NCBI GenBank assembly: GCA_009928665.1 | Contig: SACF01000039.1 | Span: 1-24,000 of the forward strand | DNA: 24,000 bases | From: Alphaproteobacteria bacterium | Lineage (GTDB): Bacteria; Bacteroidota; Bacteroidia; Bacteroidales; FEN-979 | Reading direction: 5' to 3' | In this document: positions 16,219 to 24,000 of the stretch, in pieces | Position numbering within the stretch: the stretch's first letter is position 1 | How the letters are laid out: every line of letters begins with the position of its first letter | The notes under the pieces: generated by a model | Told to the model about the DNA's origin: nothing | The model's input: the letters and a program-made list of their open reading frames with translations, nothing else | The model's database searches: none | Made by a program: the position numbers and the translations under genes

Positions 16219-16548
16219 GTGAAGGCGATCAGATATTTAGCGGTTGTCCTGTTATTGCTTACGGGTATTGTCCATTTGATTCTGGGATTCATGGCTCCCG
16301 GGCGATCAGAGGCTGTTTTAATGATCCTTTTTGGCGTTGCCTATTTTGTCGCGGGACTGACGCTGCTGCTGAAACCGGCCGCAGGAACAATCATGGGAAT
16401 GATTTTCCCGCTTGCAGGGTTGCTCATCGGGATCTTCAAAATAGGACCAGCCAGTTGGAGCACATTGTTTTGTATCCTCTTTGCCGTTGATGCAATAATT
16501 CTGATCTCCTGTTTCTATATCCGGTTTTTCCAACATAAAGAAACATAA
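16219..16548 (+). CDS. Small integral membrane protein (3-4 TM), function unknown
   Basis: 109 aa, GTG start 1 nt after the preceding stop. Strongly hydrophobic helices (AVVLLLLTGIVHLILGF, LMILFGVAYFVAGLTLLL, MGMIFPLAGLLIGIF, LFCILFAVDAIILISCF). Confidence 0.6.
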   Translation: MKAIRYLAVVLLLLTGIVHLILGFMAPGRSEAVLMILFGVAYFVAGLTLLLKPAAGTIMGMIFPLAGLLIGIFKIGPASWSTLFCILFAVDAIILISCFYIRFFQHKET

Positions 16549-16596
16549 TTCCTGCAGTAAACCTGCACATGATCACTGCGCCCTCCCCATTGCTTT

Positions 16597-18084
16597 TCAC
16601 CCTTCGAGCATTTCCACTTTTTCGCGGAGGATTTCGAGGGTGAGCCGGATCGTTTTCAGGTGAGTCCGGAATGAAAGAATGGCGAGCCGCAGGGTGAACT
16701 TCCCGTCGAGGACGGTTGAGGAGATGAATACCCGCCCGTCTTTCACCACCTCTTCGGCCAGCCGTTTATTAAAATCATCGGGATCGCCGGTTTTGGGGAT
16801 CCAGCGGTAGGTCACAATCGACAAATCCGGTTCGCAACCGGTCTCAAAACCCAGCTTGCCGATTTCACGGTAGAAATATTTTGCCAGCAGCAGCTTTTCT
16901 TCAAGGGCTGCCACGAAAGGCTTTGTCCCGAGAAGCTTCAGCGGCAGCCAGAACCGTAGTCCCCTGAAATGCTTGGTGAGTTCGGGTGAAAGGTCGGAGG
17001 GAGAGATCTCCTCTCCTTCACCCTGGGCGTCCTGAAGATAGGGAGCCAGGTAATAGTGCGAATTTCTCAGGCTGGCCATCTCTTTCACGATGACGGCGCC
17101 CAGTCCGTAAGGCAGGAACATTCCCTTGTGCGGATCGATGCACACGGAATCGGCCTTTTCGATGCCGGCAAATTTCATTTTTCCTTCTGATGTCAGGATG
17201 AAGAAACCGCCGTAAGCGGCATCTACATGAAGCCACAATCCTTTCGCAGCGACAATTTTACCGATCCTTTCCAGCGGATCGACGGCGCCCGTGTCGGTAG
17301 TCCCCGCCGAGGCAACGATCAGGAAGGGATTCAGCCCATGTTCTTTATCACTTCGGATGGCCGATTCCAGCTCGCCGGCATTTATCCTGTATGCCTGATC
17401 CAGCGGGACGTAACGCAGGATGCATTCATTCAGTCCGGCAATGCGGATCGCCTTCTGAACCGAATGATGCGTTTGCTGCGAAAGATAGATTACCGATTTT
17501 GTGATGTTTTTCGAGCCAATCCCTTTCGCATCCCTGGCAGTCACGATGGCGATGAGGTTCGCGATGCTGCCTCCCGAGGTGAGATTTCCCGCGGCGGTTT
17601 TTGGAAAACCCAGGATCCCCGCCAGCCAGGAGATCAGCATGTTTTCCATGCGCACAGCCCCGGGTGAGCCGAAGAACAAAGCCGCCAGGCGATTTGTCAC
17701 ATCGGCCAGGTAATCGCCCAGGGCCGAATAATAGATCCCTCCCCCGGGGATGAAGCCCAGGTAACCGCCCGATGCCGGGTTCAACCCGTGAGAATCCACA
17801 TTCGACCTCAACAGGTCCAGCGCCTGATCTATTGCAAGTGGTTCCTCTGAGATCGGGGAATCCAGCAATCCGATCCCTTTGCCGGCGGTGAAATCATAAG
17901 CCTTTAAGGTTTCTATGCGGTTTAAAAAATCTTCGCCGTATGCAATGACTTTATCCCGGGTTTTTTTTCGTTGGCCTGCCGAAGGTTCCAGTGCGCGTGC
18001 GGCTTTTTCGAGCTGTTGCAGTCTCCGTATCATAGTTTGCCGATTGATCACGGCAAAGGTAGTGAAACGCGGGATGTGCCGCAT
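16597..18084 (-). CDS. Group II pyridoxal-phosphate-dependent amino-acid decarboxylase (aromatic/tyrosine/DABA decarboxylase-like)
   Basis: Motifs are GFIPGGG, TSGGSIANLIAIVTARD, ASAGTTDTGAVDP, LWLHVDAAYGG and the PLP-lysine motif DPHKGMFLPYG. An alternative start is ATG 18033 (MIRRLQQ...). Confidence 0.9.
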   Translation of the reverse strand: MRHIPRFTTFAVINRQTMIRRLQQLEKAARALEPSAGQRKKTRDKVIAYGEDFLNRIETLKAYDFTAGKGIGLLDSPISEEPLAIDQALDLLRSNVDSHGLNPASGGYLGFIPGGGIYYSALGDYLADVTNRLAALFFGSPGAVRMENMLISWLAGILGFPKTAAGNLTSGGSIANLIAIVTARDAKGIGSKNITKSVIYLSQQTHHSVQKAIRIAGLNECILRYVPLDQAYRINAGELESAIRSDKEHGLNPFLIVASAGTTDTGAVDPLERIGKIVAAKGLWLHVDAAYGGFFILTSEGKMKFAGIEKADSVCIDPHKGMFLPYGLGAVIVKEMASLRNSHYYLAPYLQDAQGEGEEISPSDLSPELTKHFRGLRFWLPLKLLGTKPFVAALEEKLLLAKYFYREIGKLGFETGCEPDLSIVTYRWIPKTGDPDDFNKRLAEEVVKDGRVFISSTVLDGKFTLRLAILSFRTHLKTIRLTLEILREKVEMLEG

Positions 18085-18134
18085 ACTCTTTCATGGCCGG
18101 TAACCGGGGAAAAACCAAATCCGGTATACGCCTG

Positions 18135-19259
18135 TCAGGGATCCCGTCTCAGCACGGCAGTCAGGCAACGGGGACCTGAGCCGTATCCTATAGTTTCAAC
18201 AGCCGGGATCGTAATGACTTTCATCCCTTTTCTGTCGTAAGCATCAATGATTCGTGTCAGGTGCTCAGGAACTACGATCGTGGTCTCGTTTATGCTCAGA
18301 TTATTTGCCCCGGCGGTCTCGTCGAGTTTCGTTTCAATCTTATCCCACGATTTCAACGGTTCAGGAAGGGGATCCAGCAAGGCTTCAGGACAATAGGTCA
18401 TCAATCCCGGCCGGTTCAGCGATAGCAACCAGTCGAGGTGGAAAAGGTCGGGTTTAAGTCGGATCACGTGAACCCGGTATTCGTTACCAAGGAGTTGTTT
18501 GAGCCAGACCACACCTTTGGGACTTGTTGCATTCCCCGACATCCCCACATACACATTGTGGCCGTCGACCATAATATCTCCATTCTCAAGGAAAAGGTCG
18601 TCACGGGTATAGTGGGGCGATGGTGGAGGAGTAGCGAAATAGGGATTGTCGGTACCCTCGAGCAGCGGCTCCAAAACCCGCCTGATCGTCCAGATGTTGC
18701 TCCGCCGGAAGGGAAGATGAAATGAATTGAGCAGAATCACATTGGTTCCAAGTACCCTGAAAAAATCGGCGCCGCCAATGGTATAACTTCCCTTCTGAAC
18801 ATCTTTCAGGTAGTTGATCTCTTCCTTATAATCCTGGGGAATGGGTTTGGTGCGGTGAACCACCACCCCGTGATCGGTAAGAACTTTCTCCAGCCTGTCG
18901 ATGGTGATTATCATATTTTTCGCCTCTGCAGGAAATGCTTCCAGGGTCTTGATCCCGGCGCTCTCTCTTAATGCCTTTTTCCCTTCCTCCGATACCCAGA
19001 TCAGGGCATCGACATACCCGGGATCTATCATTCCTTCAACATTTCCGAGGACGACTTCACGCAGCGTTCCCCATTCGTTCCATGCCCCGATGATTCTTTT
19101 AGGATCGGGTGCGTTTCCCAAGTCGCCACTGGATGAAATCACACTTTTTCCCGGTGCATTTACCAGGTTATTTGAAAACACATCACCACCGACGACAGCC
19201 CCGCCAATGGTCAGTCCGATAGCTTTGAGAGCATTTCGGCGAGAAATTTTCTCTTTCAT
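18135..19259 (-). CDS. Amidinotransferase-fold (guanidino-group-modifying) enzyme with a twin-arginine signal peptide
   Basis: N-terminus MKEKISRRNALKAIGLTIGGAVVGG is a TAT motif (RR at nt 19236-19241). It resembles glycine amidinotransferase as I recall it: NEWGTLREVVLG, YRVHVIRLKPDLFHLD, and the catalytic-Cys motif GSGPRCLTAVLRRD (Cys at nt 18165-18167). Confidence 0.8.
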   Translation of the reverse strand: MKEKISRRNALKAIGLTIGGAVVGGDVFSNNLVNAPGKSVISSSGDLGNAPDPKRIIGAWNEWGTLREVVLGNVEGMIDPGYVDALIWVSEEGKKALRESAGIKTLEAFPAEAKNMIITIDRLEKVLTDHGVVVHRTKPIPQDYKEEINYLKDVQKGSYTIGGADFFRVLGTNVILLNSFHLPFRRSNIWTIRRVLEPLLEGTDNPYFATPPPSPHYTRDDLFLENGDIMVDGHNVYVGMSGNATSPKGVVWLKQLLGNEYRVHVIRLKPDLFHLDWLLSLNRPGLMTYCPEALLDPLPEPLKSWDKIETKLDETAGANNLSINETTIVVPEHLTRIIDAYDRKGMKVITIPAVETIGYGSGPRCLTAVLRRDP

Positions 19260-19529
19260 AAGTCAAAGTTGGTTTTTAGGATCTGATGGATTGGTTTGTA
19301 AATGATTATCTGATAAAGAAGAATGATCTGTAAGCAAAATCACAAAAAGGCATCTTTCGCAGGCTGATTGCGGGATTCAGAATAATTCATGCCCCAATAC
19401 AGCCCGATTAACCATCCATCTACGAAATTAATATATTTTATTATATCGATTTTATGTGCAACGACCCTCCGAAAAAAAATTGTAAATAATCTGATTTCCG
19501 GGGATTCATATTAACGAAAACCGGTTGGT

Positions 19530-19620
19530 GTGTTACGGTTGATACCACACGAAGAAAAGTACTACTGAGAGGCAACGTAAAACAGGTTTATGGTTACAGT
19601 TACTAATTAAACCGTAACAC
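19530..19620. repeat. 11-bp perfect inverted repeat spaced by 69 nt in a long AT-rich spacer
   Basis: GTGTTACGGTT (19530-19540) / AACCGTAACAC (19610-19620). A second hairpin follows directly: TACGAG (19622-19627) / CTCGTA (19641-19646), then TTTA. Confidence 0.35.
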
Positions 19621-19657
19621 CTACGAGTTTATCCTTGAATCTCGTATTTAAAAAAAA

Positions 19658-19665
19658 TAAATTTG
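19658..19665 (+). promoter_or_regulatory. Candidate -7 box for the LruC-domain gene
   Basis: TAAATTTG matches TAnnTTTG, 125 nt upstream of ATG 19790 and 214 nt upstream of the TTG at 19879. Confidence 0.3.
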
Positions 19666-19878
19666 TTGCTAATGTTCGCCAGCCTAACTGTATATGAGAA
19701 GCTGATTGCATATCTGAAACTGTTCTAAACCAACTAACCTTCTTCGAACACGGAATCCTGCCGTAAGCATCAAGACAACAGGAATAATCATGCAATATTT
19801 TATTTTTCCGCTACTGATAATCCATCGCTCACTTGCATTCAGGTAGATGATCCTGTATGGTCAACGAGCAACTGGCCG

Positions 19879-20811
19879 TTGATTGATAACACTGCACACT
19901 TTTCAAGCGACTGCAACTTAACGGATTCTGACGGGGATGGCATTCCGGATAACATGGATGATTACCCAATGGATCCTTTACGGGCGTTCAACAATCTGTT
20001 TCCTGCCGCTGGCTATGGCAGCCTGGCATTCGAAGATTTGTGGCCGGGAATGGGGGACTACGATTTCAATGACGTGGTGGTGGACTACCGGTTTCTGACC
20101 GTGACTGACGCGTCGAATTATGTTGTTGATGTTGATCTGACGTTCGTGATAAAGGCAAGCGGGGCATATTATCATAACGGTTTCGGGTTTAACCTTCCCG
20201 ATGCATCTGCTTTGTTTCTTTCCAGGATCAACGCTTTGAATGTTACGGGGCAAGAAATTAAGGAGAATTACATCTCCTTGAAATCAAACGGTTTTGAGAA
20301 TGGTCAGTCGAAACCCACCGTCATTGTTTTTGATGATGTTTTTAATTCCCTGCCTCATGCGGGATCAGGGCTGGGGGTGAACACCGAGATGACGGCACCG
20401 TTTGTCCCCTACGACACCATTGTGGTTCATATCTCAACCGGAACAGAAAAACTTCTGGAATCAGATTTTGCCCTTTCAACATGGAATCCCTTCATTATGG
20501 TTGATCAACAACGGGGCATCGAGGTTCATCTTGCCGACCGGCCGCCAACCGATCTTGCGAATGCTGCACTGCTGGGCACCATGGATGATGATTCAAAACC
20601 TTCAACAGGGAAATTCTACAAGACCAAAAACAACCTTCCATGGGCAATTGAAATTGTCAGTGCGTTTGAGTGGCCGGTTGAGAAGGTGAAAATAACGGAT
20701 GCATATCTGCACTTCCTTGATTGGGCAGTGAGCGCCGGTTCTGCATATGGCGACTGGTATCTTGACCATTCGGGTTACCGCGACAGATCAAAAATTTACG
20801 ACAAGCATTAA
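19879..20811 (+). CDS. LruC-domain (DUF4842-type) protein; 5' end unresolved and possibly frameshifted or truncated
   Basis: A calcium-binding-like DSDGDGIPDNMDDYPMDPLRAF is followed by GYGSLAFEDLWPGMGDYDFNDVVVDYRF and NLPWAIEI, the LruC-domain signature as I recall it. The track start is a TTG, the frame is open back to 19738 without any ATG, and there is no signal peptide. Confidence 0.7.
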   Translation: MIDNTAHFSSDCNLTDSDGDGIPDNMDDYPMDPLRAFNNLFPAAGYGSLAFEDLWPGMGDYDFNDVVVDYRFLTVTDASNYVVDVDLTFVIKASGAYYHNGFGFNLPDASALFLSRINALNVTGQEIKENYISLKSNGFENGQSKPTVIVFDDVFNSLPHAGSGLGVNTEMTAPFVPYDTIVVHISTGTEKLLESDFALSTWNPFIMVDQQRGIEVHLADRPPTDLANAALLGTMDDDSKPSTGKFYKTKNNLPWAIEIVSAFEWPVEKVKITDAYLHFLDWAVSAGSAYGDWYLDHSGYRDRSKIYDKH

Positions 20812-20924
20812 TCGTTGGGTTTGCCGGTTCCTGTTCAAAAATGCAGGTATTCAAAATACTTCGGCAAATTGAGTTTTCGCAAAATCACAAAGGTTCTGTA
20901 AACGATCCCTGATCCGCGGACTTC

Positions 20925-22850
20925 TCACCGCAGCCGGATCAGCTTCGTGCAGTAAACATTCCCGCCGGTTTTCAGCAGGCAGACATAGATCCCGGCAGGC
21001 CACTCCGACGGGGTGATCACACACGACCGGCAGGCAAGATCTGCTGCGGTCAGCGCCCGCCAATAGACCGGTTTTCCCGTCATGTCGCGCACTTCAAGGG
21101 TTGCAGCCTGCATCCCGGGTATGCTGAATGAAACGGTGACCGCTCCGTCCGAAGGATTCGGAAAGAGGCTGAGGACCACCGGCTTCCGGGCTTCATTGCC
21201 GGCGGAAAGGAGGTTGCAGTTCATGGCGGTTTCGAGGATCTCGTCCCGCCCCTGCCGGATACCCGCAATGGTTGGCCATACTTCGATGTCGGGCACGATC
21301 CCCACCCGCTGGGTTGGCGTGTAGTCGGGGTAAAAGGTGCCCAGCCCCGTGAAGTTCGCCGAGAGGTTGCCGGGCAGGGAGATGACCGACACATTGCCGT
21401 CGGCGGCTTTGGTCTGGTTCCCGATCTTGATCGCGCCGGGATGCTGCTCGAGCCCCATCACGGTGTACTCCGCCTGGCTGATGGTGCGGATATCAAACAG
21501 GATGATCAATTGCCCCTGGTATACTTCCGGAGAATAGCTCCCCACATTTACATTCTTCCAGAACAACACGCCGGGATAATCGATGTCGGGGGTGGTGAAC
21601 GCCGCAATCTGAAAAGGCTGTGGGAACAGGTAGTTGACCAGGTACCATAAGGTTCCCTGGGGATAATTCCGGATGTCGAAGATGATGGCATCGGTCTCCC
21701 ACAGATCGTTCATCATCGCGCCGGTCTGGCTCGTGGTGAGGCGCCCCATATCCACATAACCGAATGTGCAGCCGCCTGCCGCCACGGTATCGTACCACAC
21801 CGGCGTGGTATTCTGTTCGAAAACAGAGAACTGGCTGGCCGACCAGTCGCGCTGAAGCACAGCCGGGTGGATTCCTGCCTGATTTTCGACGGTAACGGGA
21901 AACGACCCATACGGGCCCCGCAGGATGTCGTCAAGCACATAGGAGGCTACCGCCGGCGGATTCGACCCATGGGTGAAGGCTTCGAGGCTGTCGTGCAGAA
22001 TGCCGATATCGACGCCGTCGATGGTGCGGATGATATCGCCCGGCGCGATGACGTTCACCGAGGACGATACTTTGGTGACCACCGTCTCTCCTTCGACCAT
22101 CGCGATTGAAAACCGCGGGTAATAGCTCCCCAGGATGGAATTTACGACCCCGCCGTTGAGGAAGGCATGCGAATCGTCGATGCGCTTGGCCAACAGCATC
22201 ACGGCCTTGTCGTAGGCCACCGCGTTCTGTGCCCCGAGGAAGAGCGGGATAACCTCGGCAAGTGTGGTGTCCCACGGCTGATCCATGATGTTTTTATAGG
22301 GGAAGAAGTAGTTCAGGATGTTCCAGTAGCGGAAAAGCGAGAGGATGCGCAGTGGCTCCGTCGGGAACTGGCCCGAGCCGCTGTTGTAGAGGATGTCGTT
22401 GTCGAAGGTGGGATTCCCGTTTACGAAGGCTTCACCCACGAGGCAGTGCGGCCGAGGCCTGAATCGCACGCGGATGGTGTCGAGCGCACCCCTGACCTGC
22501 TGCGTGAAGACCGGGTCCTGGAACCACGACAGGTCAAGGTTGTACATCAGGCTGTCGGGCACGACGGGCATCGGCACGGTGGGGAGCGCGGGGGGGCCCG
22601 GACTGTTGATCAGTGTGAGCAACGCCTGGTTGAACGCGTCGGTGGTGGTCGCGGCTTCGATCTGCGGAAGCGCCTGCAGCAGGGCACTGTCAAGGTTGAC
22701 CGTGCAGTTTGCCGTTTCGGAATGAAAATACTTGACAAACCCCCACACCTTGCAGGTATAGAAAAGCCGTCCGGGATAATCCGGCAGTGACTGTCCGCAT
22801 ACGGTTGCGGCAACCGCCATGCTGAACAACAAGAGGATAATGCGTTTCAT
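20925..22850 (-). CDS. S41-family (C-terminal processing/tail-specific-like) peptidase with a T9SS C-terminal sorting domain
   Basis: Signal peptide MKRIILLLFSMAVAATVCGQ. S41-like core (GYVDMGRL, AIIFDIRNYPQGT, LIILFDIRTISQAEYTVMGL, IKIGNQTKAADG). T9SS CTD is LSLFPNPSDGAVTVSFSIP...VYCTKLIRLR (about 20925-21185). Markedly GC-rich. Confidence 0.75.
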   Translation of the reverse strand: MKRIILLLFSMAVAATVCGQSLPDYPGRLFYTCKVWGFVKYFHSETANCTVNLDSALLQALPQIEAATTTDAFNQALLTLINSPGPPALPTVPMPVVPDSLMYNLDLSWFQDPVFTQQVRGALDTIRVRFRPRPHCLVGEAFVNGNPTFDNDILYNSGSGQFPTEPLRILSLFRYWNILNYFFPYKNIMDQPWDTTLAEVIPLFLGAQNAVAYDKAVMLLAKRIDDSHAFLNGGVVNSILGSYYPRFSIAMVEGETVVTKVSSSVNVIAPGDIIRTIDGVDIGILHDSLEAFTHGSNPPAVASYVLDDILRGPYGSFPVTVENQAGIHPAVLQRDWSASQFSVFEQNTTPVWYDTVAAGGCTFGYVDMGRLTTSQTGAMMNDLWETDAIIFDIRNYPQGTLWYLVNYLFPQPFQIAAFTTPDIDYPGVLFWKNVNVGSYSPEVYQGQLIILFDIRTISQAEYTVMGLEQHPGAIKIGNQTKAADGNVSVISLPGNLSANFTGLGTFYPDYTPTQRVGIVPDIEVWPTIAGIRQGRDEILETAMNCNLLSAGNEARKPVVLSLFPNPSDGAVTVSFSIPGMQAATLEVRDMTGKPVYWRALTAADLACRSCVITPSEWPAGIYVCLLKTGGNVYCTKLIRLR

Positions 22851-22928
22851 GAGATGTGCGTTTATAGCCCTGTACAGCGCCGTTCAGTTCCTGGGTGCCA
22901 GCCCCGTTAATGACTTCCATCGCCAAGA

Positions 22929-22936
22929 CAAATTTA
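22929..22936 (-). promoter_or_regulatory. Candidate -7 box for the S41 peptidase gene
   Basis: The + strand CAAATTTA reads TAAATTTG (TAnnTTTG) on the minus strand, about 79 nt upstream of ATG 22850. Confidence 0.3.
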
Positions 22937-23136
22937 CGATATAAACCGTCACTGTCAGGTAACGTTTCATGAAAACCCTTCATTACGTACCCGCAAACGA
23001 TTTCTTCGACAACATGCTGAGTGTTTTTAACCATCCCGGGAGCGTCCCCGGATAAAAGCAATCGACCGGGTTGCTCAAGTTTGCCCCCTGTTTTTCAGAA
23101 TAGCTGAGACCGCAATCAGCATTGATTTTTCAAAGC

Positions 23137-24000
23137 TTATTTTTGCTTGAGATTGAGTTTCCAGATACAATTGGTCCAGGTGCTGTCGGGTTCAGCATAT
23201 CTCAACATTGCAGGGAAATCAGGGGAAATACATAGTGAGGATATCTGCAATACGCCGCCCTTGATATACCTGGCGTCAGGATCCACGACGATCTGCTTTG
23301 AACCTCCACTGTATGTTGCATATTCAAGCTTCCTCAGCGTATTGTCAAGCGTTAAAATCACCAGGTCCATGCCGCCACTAATGGTTGAAAACAGTGCGTC
23401 TTTTGTTACCGGGAAGTCCCTGGATGAGGATGTGCCGACCAAAACGTATTTCTGGTTTTCTGTTTTTGAAACATAGTTCATCCAATCGGTCCTTGATCCG
23501 CCTATAAATGAAGAATATTCAGGTTTGTTCGTTTTCAGATTGAATTTCATGATAAAACCATCCGACTTTCCGCCCAGGTACCTTTTATTTAATGCATTGG
23601 CCGTGACCGGGAAATCAGGTGACTTTGTCTGTCCGGCGAGAATACATTGATCGGCATTCTCCACAAAGACAGAATTGACCTGGTCGGTTGAATCTCCCCC
23701 GATAAACGTTGAATATTCAATCCCTGACAGGTTCTTGCTGACGATGGTGAAAAAACCATCCTGCGTTCCGGCCATGCTTTTTTGATACGCATTTTTCGTC
23801 ACCGGAAAATTGGCAGAATAAGTTTGACCGGTAAGTATGATTTTCCCCTTCATACCGAAAGAAACGGATCTCACATGGTCGATGGATTTTCCGCCCAGAT
23901 AGGTAGAATACAGAATTTTATCAAGATCCGGAGATAAAGCGGTAATGGTTATATCCCCGACATCAAAGCGGTGGAGGCTATCAGGCGGTGATGAATTATC
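23137..24000 (-). CDS. SBBP-type beta-propeller repeat protein (5' partial, runs off the right edge)
   Basis: Tandem units of the form T.S.(N/D)FPVT.(N/D)A......G..DGF..K........YS(T/S)(F/Y)(I/L)GG...D (for example SANFPVTKNAYQ...DGFFTIV...EYSTFIGGDSTD; SPDFPVTANAL...DGFIMKF...EYSSFIGGSRTD). I checked codon by codon that the frame stays open from 23875 to 24000 (...ILYSTYLGGKSIDH...), so the GTG at 23874 is internal. Confidence 0.7.
   Translation of the reverse strand, partial: DNSSPPDSLHRFDVGDITITALSPDLDKILYSTYLGGKSIDHVRSVSFGMKGKIILTGQTYSANFPVTKNAYQKSMAGTQDGFFTIVSKNLSGIEYSTFIGGDSTDQVNSVFVENADQCILAGQTKSPDFPVTANALNKRYLGGKSDGFIMKFNLKTNKPEYSSFIGGSRTDWMNYVSKTENQKYVLVGTSSSRDFPVTKDALFSTISGGMDLVILTLDNTLRKLEYATYSGGSKQIVVDPDARYIKGGVLQISSLCISPDFPAMLRYAEPDSTWTNCIWKLNLKQK

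Noticed and set aside
19607-19795. 62-aa minus-strand ORF in the long AT-rich spacer
   Set aside because: It has no recognisable motif, is Cys/Ser-rich with an odd composition, and overlaps the hairpins and the candidate LruC promoter. It is most likely a chance ORF.
20812-20924. 7-bp inverted repeat TTTGCCG...CGGCAAA between the convergent LruC and S41 genes, as a bidirectional terminator
   Set aside because: The loop is about 35 nt and neither side has a proper T-tract, so it is too weak to call.
21082-22790. Series of + strand ORFs (80-207 aa) and off-frame minus ORFs inside the S41 peptidase gene
   Set aside because: All overlap a CDS that has a signal peptide, a peptidase core and a T9SS CTD. 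Their Arg/Gly/Pro/His-rich translations are typical of spurious ORFs in GC-rich DNA.
22690-23061. 123-aa minus-strand ORF overlapping the 5' end of the S41 peptidase gene
   Set aside because: It overlaps the well-supported signal-peptide-encoding start of the peptidase out of frame and has no family resemblance.
1-24000. Searched by eye for CRISPR arrays, tRNA/rRNA genes, transposases, integrases, and toxin-antitoxin or defence-system gene pairs
   Set aside because: I saw no regularly spaced direct repeats, no tRNA-like GGTTCGA(A/T)TCC T-arm motif in the intergenic regions, and no ORF with DDE, tyrosine-recombinase, nuclease or ATPase defence signatures.

Overview
Read by eye from the sequence and ORF track; no database search or computation was possible. 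The window looks like a chromosomal segment from a Bacteroidota-type organism. The signs are two type IX secretion (T9SS) C-terminal sorting domains, a PorT-like beta-barrel protein, TAnnTTTG-type -7 boxes and lipoprotein or KAQ-type signal peptides. The main content is a compact metal locus at 2.1-5.3 kb. An HMA-domain cation-diffusion-facilitator (CDF) exporter sits divergent from an apparent operon of an ArsR-family regulator, hgcA, hgcB and a flavoredoxin-like FMN protein. hgcA and hgcB carry every signature residue of the mercury-methylation pair. Other genes are AraC plus a YgiD-type 4,5-DOPA dioxygenase, a CrtI-like FAD oxidoreductase, DUF6064/Yip1-like/DUF6544 proteins and a roughly 800-aa Ser-type sulfatase lipoprotein. 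There is also a twin-arginine (TAT) signal amidinotransferase-fold enzyme followed by a group II PLP decarboxylase, an LruC-domain protein, a GC-rich S41 peptidase with a T9SS domain, and a partial SBBP-repeat protein. Signs of gene decay are an NHL-repeat T9SS cargo gene cut off exactly at the sulfatase terminator, an LruC gene with no ATG or signal peptide, and a possible alpha/beta-hydrolase remnant. Base composition is visibly mosaic. I saw no rRNA, tRNA, CRISPR array, transposase or integrase.
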